DNA of 64,000 bases. Source: the human T2T-CHM13v2.0 reference genome, Homo sapiens. The notes beneath the pieces were generated by a model. It searched no databases and was not told the origin of the DNA. It saw only the letters and a program-made list of their open reading frames with translations. The stretch is taken from NCBI RefSeq assembly GCF_009914755.1, contig NC_060928.1, one strand, 5' to 3'. The stretch's first letter is position 1; each line of letters begins with the position of its first letter. Below, in pieces: positions 1 through 14,133 of the stretch. Position numbers and translations under genes: made by a program.

Positions 1-1262
1 TGCAACAATATTTTGCAAGAAATATATATTTTTCCTGATCAGTAGATCCTAGTAGTGGACTTAAAATATTCAGTAAACCATGATGATATACTTTCATCAA
101 GGCCTTGTTGTTTTATTTATGGAGCACAGGCAGAGTAAATTTAGCATAATTTTTAAAAACCCTAGGTTTTTGAAAATTGTAAATGAGCATAAGCTTCAAC
201 TTCAAGTCACCAGCTACATTAGTCCCTAACAAAAGAGTCAGCCTGTGCTTTGATGCTTTGAAGCCAGCCATTGACTTCTACTCTCTAGCTATGTAAATGT
301 TAGATGGCATTTTCTTCTGATAGAGGGCTGTGCCATCTATACTGAAAATCTGCTTTTTAGTGTAGCCACCTTCAGTAATCATCCTAGCTAGGTCTTCTGG
401 ATAATTTGCTGTAATTCTACTTCAGCACTTGCTGCTGTGCCCTGCATTTTCATGCTAGACATCGGCCTTTTTTCCTTAAACCTTATGTACCAGCCTCTGC
501 TAGCTTCCAATTTCTCTTCAGCAGATTCTTCACCTCTCACACCCTTCACAGAATTGAAGAAAGTCAGGGCATTGCTCTGGATTATGCTTTAGCTTAAGTG
601 AATGTTGCGGCTACTTTGATCTTCCTTCCAGACAATGAAAGCTTTCTTCATATCAACAATAAGGGTGTTCTACTTTCTTTCCATTTATGTGTTCACTGGA
701 GGAGCATTTTTAATTTCCTTCAAGAACCCTTCCTTGGATTTACAACTTAGCTGATTTTTTGGCACAAGAGGTATAGCTTCCACCCTATCTCAGCTTTAGA
801 TATACTTTCCTCAGTAAGCTTAATCATTTCTAGCTTTCGATTTAAAATGAGAGACATGTGACACTTCCTTTCACTTGAACACTTAACAGGTCATTTTAAG
901 GTTATGAATTGGCCTAATTTTAATATCATTGTGGGAATAATGACTTCCTTCAGAGAATAGGGATGTCTGAAAAGGAAAGAGCAATGAGGGTGTGGCCTGT
1001 CAGTAGAGCTGTCAGAATACACACAGTATTTGTCGAAAATTTTCCATTTTACACAGGTGTGGCTTGTGATACTCCAGAACAATTGTAATTTTAAAGTCAA
1101 AAATTACTAATGGCAGATCACCACAACAGATATAACAATAACAAAAAAAAAGTTTGAAATAATGTATTACCAAAATGCAACACGGACACGTAAAGTGAGC
1201 ACATGCTGTTGGGAAAATGGCGCAAATAGAATTGCTGAAAGCACAGTTGCCACAAATCTTAA

Positions 1263-1310
<48 letters not shown>

Positions 1311-1336
1311 AAAATAAATAAAATGAGGCAAACCTG
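1..1336 (-). mobile_element. Tigger1 (TcMar-Tigger DNA transposon), 5' portion including decayed transposase N-terminus; runs off the window start
   Basis: Reverse complement of the end reads ta|caggtttgcctcatttt, the Tigger1 terminus with a TA target at 1337-1338. Subterminal sequence (gtggcaac...ccattttcccaacagcatgtgctcacttt) and the minus-strand 770-875 segment resemble the Tigger1 transposase start (SERK...[13 protein letters not shown]). Confidence 0.9.
1269..1308. repeat. Pure poly(A) tract (~40 nt) inside Tigger1
   Basis: Uninterrupted A run seen directly. Confidence 0.95.
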
Positions 1337-1389
1337 TATTCAGAATCCTTGTTATACACAGTGGAACCTGGGGCAACCCTGCCCTTTTG

Positions 1390-1470
1390 GGCTTGAGTTT
1401 CATCATCTGTACAGTGGGACTGGAGGCAGGAGGGTTGAGTAAGCTGACTTCTAAGGTCCCTTCTGGTTCT
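1390..1470 (+). mobile_element. MIR-family SINE fragment (MIR3/MIRc-like)
   Basis: gagtttcatcatctgtaca...ctaaggtcccttctggttct resembles the MIR core and 3' end. Confidence 0.55.
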
Positions 1471-3159
1471 CTCTCCAGTGACAACGGCCTCCTTGAGCTT
1501 CCTACATGGGATGCCTGCTGCAGAACTGTCCCTTAGTGAGCCGTGGTGAAGAGGATCTGCAAAACGGGATAATCTTTCTTGAGCAGGGAGGTGAAAGAAC
1601 CCAGCAATGGCATGGATGGATGTCCTTGGAAGAATGGAAGGCCCCAGTGTGGTGGGGTGAGGCTTACATAAAAGCACCCCCAAATGCCATTCACTTTCTT
1701 CTTCCTTCCTAAAATAATTGAAACTGTGGCTATTGGTAAGCACCTGGTCTTTGCCCAGCATTGTAGCAGAGGCTATAGCAGGAGGCCAGACGTCCAGCTC
1801 CCCAGGGAGTAAGGGGTCCCATGGACACAGCCTGATGGGACCAGCCATGATGGCGGGCAGAGCTGTGTCTGGAAAGGAGTCCAAACACCAAATTCTAGTA
1901 TTGGGATCTTCATGGTGATCATTTGCAAGGCCTCAATTCTGCCACAGGCTGTTCTACTATTCCTTGTTCTACTGTTCCTAGCTTTTTCTTAACACTATTT
2001 GCTAAATGCTCTTCTTTTGGCCATATAAAACTGTTATTCCTCAGACTACATACTTATAATTTGTGTGTTATTTTTCATTCTGCCCTAAAGTTCTAAAGTC
2101 CAGAAATGCCTTTTCATATCTTCGCTATATACACACACATATATGGAATAGCAAACTGTGATTCTCTCCTTGAACCACCCAGGAATAATAAATATGTGGA
2201 CTTTTTGAAGGTAGAGACTGTGGCTTGTCAACGACTGTAGAGTTAAAAAACATGAGTTATTTCTTTTGAATAAGTAGGACAAATATCACCAGTATATTGT
2301 AGGTACAATCAGCTAAACTCTTTTTCCCACAAACGCTGGATAAATTTTGTGATCACAATTACTGACATAATAATAGTTTTCCTTTCACTGGGAAAAGTCT
2401 TCTGTAATTTTGTGTTCATTTTGCCTTTTTGCCTGTTTACTGCTAAAAAGCGTGATAGTCAAATTGTCTTCTCATTCAAATTCTTAACGTTATGTTGTGA
2501 TTTAAAATCAGAGCCAAAAACACAGAGCTGCTTATTCACATTTCTCTAATTTTTTTACCTAACAAAAAAGAATAAATCATTCACAGACATCTGAAGAAAA
2601 GTTACATAATTTTAAAAAATTATTACATGGAGAGTTACTAAGGGTATTGAGTGAGTTAAATATCCAGGAATTGATGGCTCTGGTCAGTCTCATTTTACAG
2701 AATCACTGGGGAGTGATTTGCATGTTTTGAATTTTTAGAATTTACTTGATAAAATAACATGCAAATGGGGAGAATAAAGACATGAACAAATTTTAAGTGG
2801 CTACCTAGAGAGCCAAGTCTTAAATTCTCCAACCACTCATTATTCCTGAGCTTGAGAATAAATCAATGAATCAAGATAAAGCATGAGTGAAAAGGAATAA
2901 TACTGGGATAGCCACCAAAGTTTCTTTTAGAATAAAGAAAAAAAAAAACAGACCGAACAGTTGTGTATAGTAGCACTGAGAACATTAGAATTTCCTTCTT
3001 TTGACCCTTCTAGATATACTTATTGTAATTGTGTTTGGCTCCAGCACTCCTCCTCTTGTTTTTACTTTGAATTAGGTCCAGACTTTTTAGCTCCAGGGAA
3101 GCTAGGAGTAGTACTAAAATTGCTCTTTCACTTAAACAGAGCTAATTGCAGCTACGATG

Positions 3160-3455
3160 TCGTTCATAGACTGGAAATTAATGATGGGAAAGACCTGTTA
3201 GATCATCTCTTCCATCTGATTCTGGCAATACAGGATTATTTTTTACATTGTGTCCTGGAATATTCTGCCTGGTTAATTTTAAGTGACTAAAATAATGGTG
3301 CTTTCACTATTTCCCTTGGGAGACAATTATGTAGCCTAATAAACTTCACTCAGGACATCAATTTGAAGATCAGCCCAGGTTTTCTTTTCACTTCGTTTCA
3401 TGCCATTACTTCTACTTATACACCCTTGGATCACCCTAAACAATTCATTTTCCTT
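3160..3455 (-). mobile_element. Ancient CR1/L3-like LINE 3' fragment
   Basis: catagactggaa...gacctgttagatcatct and ttcactatttcccttgggagac...cagcccaggtttt...ccattacttctacttatacacccttgg resemble reverse-strand CR1 3' ends; recalled similarity only. Confidence 0.4.
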
Positions 3456-6400
3456 ATCCATTCAATACAGCAAATTTCCTGGCTACCATCCTAAAAGAAC
3501 TCCAAGGATGGTTTCATTTGCATGTCTGAAAAAGGCTATGGTCTTGCTTAGTGGTGAAGCAAAATACAGCTATTCATTATTCCATGAATCATGCTTTTCC
3601 AAACGGAGGCAAAGGAAGGCTTTAAAAAATAAATAAATAAAAACCCACACAAGAACCTAGCATTTGCATTATATCTGCACCTTTAATTAATCAGCTTTAA
3701 ATGTATATTAAAACTTTCTTTTTCTGTGACTTTTAAATATATCACTTCTATTAGATTTTCCACTCCCCAAAATCTTATCATTAAAATTTATTTTTGGATT
3801 CTATGTTTCTCCTTCATCACAATGTTCACTTGTTCTCTCAGTGTAAACCTATTATTTTTATTCATTCATTTTAAATATACTAAAACATTTTAAATAAGTA
3901 TGTATATTGATTTCTTGTGTCATTCAAATGAGCATACATCTGATTTTGTATTATAAAACGATAAAGTAGTCAGTCATGTACGGTATCATTTAGATTTTTG
4001 ACTGAAGAAAAAAGATTAGGTCTCTATAGATGATAGATAATGACAGGAAAGCATTATTACTATAAACGATATGCAATAAAAGAAAAATATTTTTGCCGTT
4101 ATTGCAAATTTATTAGGAGAGTTAATAGATTTCTGGGGTTTGGAAACAAGCATATTTTAAAATTCTTGTAACAAATTATCCTTATGCCTATTTTATAGAG
4201 AACTGTTTCTAAATGGAAAAGTTATGACCTAGCTACACATTATGTACATCGTAATAAGCAATAAGAATAGTAATCATTGTTATTTTTGCAAGATGAACTT
4301 ATTTAAGATAATATAGTTCATGAGAATAAACTACTCACCCATGTTAAGTAAAATAAATGATGTTGCTCACCAAAATGAGGCAATAGAAGCAATGTATTAT
4401 AATAAGACTTCTCACAGGAATTCAGCTTAGAGAGAGTTTCAATATATTTCAGATAGAAAAATTTTAAATAAATTTTAAAAACTCACATGTAATTCCTATT
4501 CTCAGTTTAAGTACCCAAGGGACAAATTCAAGAGTAATTAACTTAAAACATAGAAGTTGCTAAATCTTCTGCAGATACACACTTTCCTCTAACTTTTTAT
4601 TTTAAAATTTCCATGGGATGTCATTCTGACTTTTTAAGACTAGATCCAGTCATTTCATTAATTTAGAGTTCAGACAATCTTTGTTCCTTTTTAATATCTA
4701 TCTATATAGCATTTTCTTGTTCAAGAGTCTTCTACTTTATATGCATTTTTATAAATTTTAATGACTTTAGGCGGGGGTCAAATTATTAACAGAACATCTA
4801 GATTGAACTGCTAAAACAAATTTTAAAATAGGCAACTGCATACAGAGTTAAGAAGTGCCATACTCTCTTAGTTTTACATTTTTGGGGTAAAACGTCTGTA
4901 TTTTTCACGATGGGTTTCAACATAATTTCAATTTTTCTTTTGTTACTTTGAACATACACCATATTTATCTCACTTAAAATATTTTGTCAGGATTAAACTA
5001 ACATAAACTAAAACCTATAGTATATTTTTAAAATACATAAATGTATTTTACGTAGTTTATGCGAAAAACAGACTTCTACTCTTGTCAGTAGGAGAAGGAA
5101 ATAAAAGCACTCCCCCATTGTGTGCACTGTTTATTTTATACTGAGAGACTTAAGTTTTTTTTTTTTTTTATGTATTCAAGGAACTCAGTTAACATTTACA
5201 CATTTGTTTTTACAATATTACTAATAATCAAGTTTAAATAGGAATCTTAATTTGTCATTTTAATAGAAAGTGAAACAGAATTTTTCTGGCAGTGAAAGTC
5301 AAAGAAAGAAGGGGAAAAAGTAAGCAATTGGATGTATAAAATGGCAAAGGAAGGAGGAAGAGTGAATAGTGATATCTTTTCAGAAAGTGAAAAAGAACAT
5401 ATGAAATGCCAAGTGACTTGACAAAGTTACTGGGCCAAAGTTAAAGTTCATATAAGTGCATATACATTTTTTTCTATTATATAAAATGAACTAGTTGTTA
5501 AGTGTAAATGTAACATTATTTTAGTAATTTATTTTCTCAAAAATCTTTCTTATATTTTCTCTGTTCAAAATTATGTTTGTATAAATTTACAGATTTGAAC
5601 AAATTTTTCTGAGTCTGATCCCTTTTGGGATGGTCTATTCTAGTGTCAGGCCTATGACAATGAATGACTGTTCTGGGATGCCTGGTTAACCACCAGGTTG
5701 TCATATTGATAAGGTCAAGATTAATCCAGTGTAACTGCCTGCATTATCCCAAGACCCCCTTATTCCTAATATTTAAAAATATATAGAGGGCAATGTCCAG
5801 CTGGCAGCATTCTGAAAACTGTGCAGCTAAAGTATTTTTGTGTAACTCAGAAATTGTAAAATTACCAAGAGTACTTTTAAGCATTACTCTTGTAGTAAAC
5901 AAAGCTGTTTCTCAAAGAGAAGTTTGTATATTTGATATTTGGAGATCATGGTAGTAAACATATTAAACATATAATCAGAGAACAGAATTCAAATAGATTT
6001 GAATGATTCTGTACATGATTAGGAAGTGCCATACTTTTAAGATCCAAAGGATTTGAGACAGTCTTTCAGCATATATTACATATATTTTATATCAACTGTT
6101 GGTGTTGCCTAAAGAGATTAAAGATAACCACAGGATACAAGCTTAAACTCTTCTACAGTCCATCCAGGAGAAAAAATAAATAAATGTTTTAAAGTGGTTT
6201 GTTGAATGCTTTTGAATCTATTTTTCTAGTTTTATTGCTGCCAAATACTGACTTCTATTTTTAGGTACTGTAAGAAACAAGACAAGAAGCAAGGTCTTCG
6301 GAGACTCATTAGGACCATTAGAAAAATGCTTCTAGCAGCTCCTATCAAAACAGTAGAAATAAATAACCTTTGTTCCTGGGACGTGGATTCACCCTGCTTC

Positions 6401-7056
6401 TGCAGCCCCGTTTCCGGATGATGTATTACAGTCATTATAGTCACCTCTGTAGGACACTGTGTACACAATGTGTGAGAGAGCCTTACCTCCCAGTTCAGGG
6501 TATTTCGTGATATATGAACCTTTTGTCCTTGTCAGATTGTCCAAGGTGAAAAGAATAAACTTTAAATATGAACCACTTCTAGGTAACACAAATACAGGGA
6601 AAGAAAATATTTTATCTTACTTTTTCTTGCCACAAAGTAAAAAAAAAAAAACTACTGTGAGATAAAATAGATTCAAAAATAAAACACCTTAAAAAGCAGT
6701 ATTACCTGTTTCATTTTTTTATAAATTACTATTTAATGGAGACATCCCATGAAATCAAAATGCCAAAATCTGCTATTTGCAGGAAATTGCATTTCATAAC
6801 AGAGAAAAATGTTCTAGATATTTATATCCGAAAGGACCAAGAGATTCTTATCAATGGCAGACAAAGCTGAAGGTATGTCACATTTATTTCCTTATACAAT
6901 GTAATAGTACATATTTGGTTCAAGTAAGCTTACGAAATTATTGAACATTTTTTGAGGAATTCCAGCAGATTCTAACTAAACTAAATATGTACTTTAGATT
7001 ACATTTTACTACTTATTTATAAAATATGAAATATGATTACATTTAAAAAAAACTAG

Positions 7057-7423
<367 letters not shown>

Positions 7424-7635
7424 TGAAGAAAACTGTGACTGTATCAGCTCAGGTCTCTCAGTCTCAACAGTAACCCTAAAGTAATATCTAGGGGCATTGT
7501 TGACAGATTTTGACTATTCTTGTTTATCTCTTTTTAAAAATTTTGCATAACTTGTTGGAATATATAATATTAATGTGATGTATTTTTTCCTCTAGATTAT
7601 CACTTACATGTCCATTATCAACTAATGGCAGCGGT

Positions 7636-8110
7636 TTAAGTCAGGTTCCAGCAGGGAATCTAAAAGAATGTTGCATAATTCAATAAAGGGAATTTAAGAA
7701 AAGGATTTAAGTACAAACATGCCTAGAATGCTCAAACAGTGGGTAGTAAGGAAATTCCAAGATTAGCAAAAGCAAGAATCACCTACCATTCCGAGGGATG
7801 GAAAGACAAAGGAAGAAAACAAGAGGACCAGAGCCCATGATTTGGATACGTTCAGTAGAAGAAACCCCAGTGAATCTGCTGGTGGAAGGTGGAAGCAGGG
7901 ACTACAGATGAAGCAGAAGCACTGTACAAGATGCCACTAAGCAGAAAGAAAGAGACACAACTGCTCAGCTTTCTCCCTCAACCCTGCACTGTCCAATCTC
8001 TTGCCAGTGACTCTCAACGGCAGAAGCCTTGTTCATTGACAAGTAGGATAGAAAAACAGTGTGTTCAAAAGTCACTCCCAAATAAAGCAGGGAAACATTC
8101 CATGTCCAGA
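7636..8110. mobile_element. Old ERVL-class solo LTR (LTR33/LTR41-like), degenerate
   Basis: Starts agtcaggttccagcagg; internal agcaagaatcacctaccattccgagggatggaaagacaaagg and ccaatctcttgccagtgactctcaacggcagaagcc resemble this LTR group. Confidence 0.4.
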
Positions 8111-8866
8111 GAACCCTCTAAACTAAATCAGGTAATATGCATACCATTTGATTGAATAATCATTATAAAGCAACACTTAAACTTACTACAGTGAAAAAAC
8201 AGGGGTGGTTCTGTCAAAAGATAGAAATTTGAAACCTGCCTTGTCATCAAATTCATCAATGTTAATAAAATATACATAAATACATTCATATGTGATCACA
8301 CACATATGAACATAAAAATGCATGCATGCACACAAACACACACACACAGCCACTTATCACTTAAGTCAATCTACTGCTTTATAAAACTTTTAAGAACAAT
8401 TATATTTGCAAAATATCACTTGGGTTTGTTGCATTCCAGAACTTTCTTTTTTCCTAAAAAGTGTAAACTACTCTTTTTCTGGAAGCTTTCAACTTGTCAG
8501 GGTTGGCAGAAGGAATCTCTAAATTGGTAGATAATTTGGACAAAATATTTATAAGCTGTTTTATAAGTTTAGGATTCTTTAAGTCCAAGTATTTATAATA
8601 TTGGTAATAGTTTTGTTAACATCAATTTTATTTAGAGATTCTAAAGATTTGCCTGTGATGGGATTGGCAGCAAGTGAACTTAGTAATGTAAATGATCACC
8701 CCTTGATAATTTGTAGCAATTTGGGGGTTAAAAAAATGATGTTGATTTTTTTTTGCTAATAAAATATTATTTGAAGTAAATTTCCTTCTTCCCTGTATCT
8801 GAACCTACCCAATGTTTAGTTCCTGTATTTTTTGACCAAAATATTAGTCATTGCCCTTATCATCAT

Positions 8867-9281
<415 letters not shown>

Positions 9282-12235
9282 TTAGAGTACTCATTGAAAG
9301 GCAAGGCAAAAAATCAAAAGTGGGAAAAGATAACTAAGAATAATCACTTACTTACCAGCACTTGAAATAATTTTGTAAAGAGCTAATCTTTTGTAGTTTT
9401 CTACATGTGCTGAGCAGTCATAGAAACTGGTCTTTAATAGGGATAGACTTGAAAAATAAGTCAGCATGGCTTAACTTGACTTAATCAAGCTTTATCATTT
9501 AAAGCATTCCACATACTTCTTATACCTATACAATCATGAGATAATTGATTCTCATTTTCTTCAAAATATTTTTAGACTATCATGTAGTTTATTTTTTAGT
9601 GTACATTTTATTTCATTAGTACTACTAGAATAAACAGCAAATGAAGTAAAAATATAAAAATGGGATTGGAAATTAAAACTTAAACCTGAATATAAGCATA
9701 AAGTAAGAATCAATAAAATATATTACAATTATTTATTGGTCTATATAACATTAGATTCCCAGATATATTTTATGACTGACGGAACAATGGTTACATGAAA
9801 TAATAATTAATGTTCATGCCCATACTCTCTAAACAAAAGTTGATATAAGACCAGATTGCTTAATAATGCACATAACAATGTCTTCTTAGCTTTATATTTC
9901 ACAAATACTTGCCATCTCTTATATGTTAGCAAACAAAGGTCATGTTGCTTATTTTAATCCCCAGTCTCTTCTGCATGGTATATTTTTAAATTCTTGTTTT
10001 AATATTTTTGACTGTATGTTTTATTTTACGACATAATACAAAAACAAATGATGTTACAGAAGGCACATAAGCAATGTCCCTTAGTTGATCAGGACTGGGC
10101 ACTTCATGAGAAGTACTCATATAATAATATTAATTAGGCTTTAGTAGCTTTCTCCTCAATACCTACTCACTTCATTCTGTGTCCTTCATTCATTATTGTA
10201 ATCATTTGAACACCTCAACACAATAACAGTGATATAATTCAATATTCCTTCTATTTAAAAGAAGGAAGACAGAAATTTTTTACTAATTTTCAAAGATTTA
10301 CAAATTAAAAATCTAAAGAACAGAAATATGCAGATATTCAGGTTAATAATAACAATAATAATATCACTTGTATAGTTCCTCTGTTATTAGAAATTGTAGT
10401 ATTCTCCTTCCCTTCACACTGAAGATTATAATGGCACAAATCAAATAAGAGGGGCCTTTAAACCTGTCAAAAACAATGACATGTTTTAATTTGTTGCCAT
10501 TGTTGTCAAATCAGATTTGAATCCTTGACTGAGAAACTTTCTTCTCCAAGGTGTATAACCTCAACTTAATTCATTACCCACCTTCTCTTTGAAAGACTTT
10601 TAAACTAAGTTTTATGCAATAGTTCTGTAAGTTGAGAAAGGTTACCACTTGCATTTTACTTTGAGAGTAAATATAACTATTTGGATGAAAAGAAACTTGA
10701 CACAATCTGTCCTAATCAAGCTTGCTTTGGTTTCAATAGCACAACAGGAGGCTATTGGAAATGCCCCCTCCCCATCTCTGTGCAGAATAATTAAACTGAG
10801 ATTGGTTTGAATTCTTTTATAATTATCTCTCTCACCATGCTGTTGGATTTGAGAAGTTAATTACAACCATTTTCATGCCTATAATGCAGAAATGATCTCT
10901 CCGTTACGTACAGATTTGACAAGTCTTTAGAAGGATGTTAGATGATGGTGCCTAGCTATATATATTCCCTCTCCTTGACAGTAGCTGAATGTCTATGAGG
11001 CATTTTTTTCAGTGTTTTAAAAAGAATTTCAATCGTTTCTACTTGAGCACAGAGGAGAAACAGGTGAACCTACTTAAAAATCGGTTTACAGCAAAAACCT
11101 TTAACATAAGGTTAGAAATCTATGCAAATTGTCATAGGTGCTATTACAGAATGTGTAGCTATTTGCTCTTTTGAATTACAAATATTTGGTCTACTCCAAA
11201 CTGAAGGAAAATTTATTTTAACAACGTTCTTTTCCCTGTAAAGTTGCCTTAAGATTTGCTGTAAGAAAATTTAGTTTCAAAAATGCATACAAATTTTTAA
11301 AACTCCTGAAATTCCTATTGCAAAAATATAGGTGAAACAGAAGAAAATGATTGAATAGCACTTATAATATAAAGTTGTGTCATTTCAGGGCATAAAAATA
11401 ATAAGTTTAATGTATTTTTCATTAAAAGGCTCACTACATTTTAATGTGCCAAAGTGAGTTTAGGTTTAAACAATGTTTTTGGATTTCGACAATGATTCGT
11501 TTGGCATACTATATTTCTAGGTAGGAGTCTGTACAATTTATGTAGATTAGATAACATGCAGAATGGATTAAGTTTAAAATATATCTTACCAATATATATC
11601 ATTTAAATTAAAATACTACTACAGTGAAATTACCCATTTTTGAAGGCTCTGTTCTCTGTCTCTAGAAATTATATTTCTAATAACATAGTCCCCAAGACTA
11701 AAAATTTATAATGCAACTAGTGTTTTTTCAGTTTCCTTGTTTTGTTCACTTTCTTTCTCTTGAACTGTGGAAAGTCTACCTAATTTACAGCTGTGTAACT
11801 ACATCAGAATTTTTCCATACATAAAGACAGAAATGTTAACATTTAACTCCCAGGGACAAAAAAAAATCTCGACTATCTAGAAGTATGTGGGGAAGGTAAT
11901 TTCACACTTTGACTTTGACCAGAGATCTTATGGTTATTTTGAAGTGCTCAGGATGACAATTTAATTTTTCATGAATGGATGGATATAGAAAAGTAGATAA
12001 TCTCCCCTTATAATGCAATTTTGAGAATTGTGTTTAGGCCGCACATTAACCCCACTTTACCCAAACAATATAACCCAATTTCTTTCAAAATTGATTCACT
12101 AATTATTTTTATTAATATTTGAATGATATCTCAAGATCACAAAGACCTACCAAATGAGCCACATTTTCAAAACTGTGATAATTAGCTGTCTAGAATATTT
12201 GAGCAATAAACTGCTTTATTTTTTTCTCATTAAAG

Positions 12236-12520
12236 TTATTTTTATTAATTTTTTATTTTTTAATTTAATTTTATTATTATTATACTTTAAGTTTTAGGGT
12301 ACATGTGCACAATGTGCAGGTTTGTTACATATGTATACATGTGCCATGTTGGTGTGCTGCACCCATTAACTCGTCATTTAGCATTAGGTATATCTCCAAA
12401 TGCTATCCCTCCCCCCTCCCCCCACCCCACAACAGTCCCCGGAGTGTGATATTTCCCTTCCTGTGTCCATGTGTTCTCATTGTTCAATTCCCACCTATGA
12501 GTGAGAACATACGGTGTTTG
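12236..12520 (-). mobile_element. L1PA3/L1PA4-like 3' end, severely 5'-truncated
   Basis: T-rich tail, then tatactttaagttttagggtacatgtgcacaatgtgcagg...ccctcccccctccccccaccccac...gagtgagaacatacggtgtttg, the primate L1 3'UTR. Confidence 0.93.
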
Positions 12521-13185
12521 CATAGACCTTAAAAGAATTAGGGTTCTAAATCTGAAAAAAAAAAAAAAGACCTTCAATGAAAGTAGCTGTTATACAGTAA
12601 TAGAAATAGTAGTCACAGTCATGCTGCTGTAGTAATCATAGTAGTTCCAAAAGGGAAAAATGATAAACACATAGCAAGCATTGCACTATAGCATTTCTGA
12701 GAGACTGCCAGGCATATATGACTAACTCCATCTATTCAGAAGCATAAATTGCATGTAAGTAAGACCAGTTTTGCTCCAAGAGTTGGCATTCTTAACATTC
12801 TCTGCTCTATTTTCTGAGCACTTGGCCCCACCTCAGAGTCATTTTTTCTTATCCTTAAGAAGTGGCTTATGTTTGCAGGTGAGTAGCATTCTTAGAGTGC
12901 TTTCTGCCCATAGAAGTTTAGGAACACTGAAGATTATTTCCATTTTAACATCTTTCATTTTTAATTCCAATATTGTGGTGCTCTTGATGACACACAAAAC
13001 TCTTCAAAACTCAGATGATTTTTCACGAATCTTACTGAGATTCGCTTAATTAGACAAAAGCCGAACACACAGCTGACCTCAAGTCCTGCTGCTCTCTACC
13101 TTGCCTAGACTTCAGTCCAGTTGCTGGACATCAAGATCTGTACGATTTTTTTCAGAAGTTCTTTGGTTTAGAAAACAGGGCCTAA

Positions 13186-13869
13186 CCCGTCCGGGAGGGA
13201 GGTGGGGGGGTCAGCCCCCCGCCCGGCCAGCCGCCCCGTCCGGGAGGTGAGGGGCGCCTCTGCCCGGCCACCCCTACTAGGAAGTGAGGAGCCCCTCTGC
13301 CCAGCCACCACCTCGTCTGGGAGGTGTACCCAACAGCTCATTGAGAACGGGCCGGGATGACAATGGCGGTTTTGTGGAATAGAAAGGGGGGAAAGGTGGG
13401 GAAAAGATTGAGAAATCGGATGGTTGCCGTGTCTGTGTAGAAAGAAGTAGACATGGGAGACTTTTCATTTTGTTCTGTACTAAGATAAATTCTTCTGCCT
13501 TGGGATCCTGTTGATCGGTGACCTTACCCCCAACCCTGTGCTCTCTGAAACATGTGCTGTGTCCACTCAGGGTTAAATGGATTAAGGGCGGTGCAAGATG
13601 TGCTTTGTTAAACAGATGCTTGAAGGCAGCATGCTCGTTAAGAATCATCACCACTCCCTAATCTCAAGTACCCAGGGACACAAACACTGCGGAAGGCCGC
13701 AGGGTCCTCTGCCTAGGAAAACCAGAGACCTTTGTTCACTTGTTTATCTGCCAACCTTCCCTCCACTATTGTCCTATGACCCTGCCAAATCCCCCTCTGC
13801 GAGAAACACCCAAGAATGATCAATAAAAAAAATAAAAATTAAAAAAAAAAAGTTAAAAAAAAAAAAAAA
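13186..13869 (+). mobile_element. SVA retrotransposon (SVA_D-like), 5'-truncated: end of VNTR + SINE-R + poly(A)
   Basis: GC-rich VNTR units (cccgtccgggagggaggtgggggggtcagcccccc), the HERV-K-derived SINE-R, aataaa and an A tail. Perfect 16-bp TSD agaaaacagggcctaa at 13170-13185 and 13870-13885. Confidence 0.97.
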
Positions 13870-14133
13870 AGAAAACAGGGCCTAAAAAGCATTGGCATAT
13901 ATCTTTCTGCTGTATTAACAGAGTCTTGTAGCTTTATCCTCAATTTCTTCTCTGCCTTGAGGCAATTGCTTACTTTGAGAACATTTTGCCAGCTAGAGAA
14001 GCTAGAAAGGAGGAAAAAAATTGCTTTCCAATCTGGAAAGTCCCAGGGTAGAAATAGTTTCTTTAAATTTCCCGTGAAACTGGACAATTCTTTCTTTGAT
14101 ACATTTCTCTCCTGAATTTTATAATGAACAGTG

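Noticed and set aside
1012-1884. 290-aa minus-strand ORF
   Set aside because: Non-ATG start; it runs through a MIR, a poly(A) tract (poly-Phe) and non-coding Tigger1 sequence, with no recognisable domain.
13277-13819. 125-aa and 73-aa ORFs
   Set aside because: Standard chance frames of the SVA SINE-R region.
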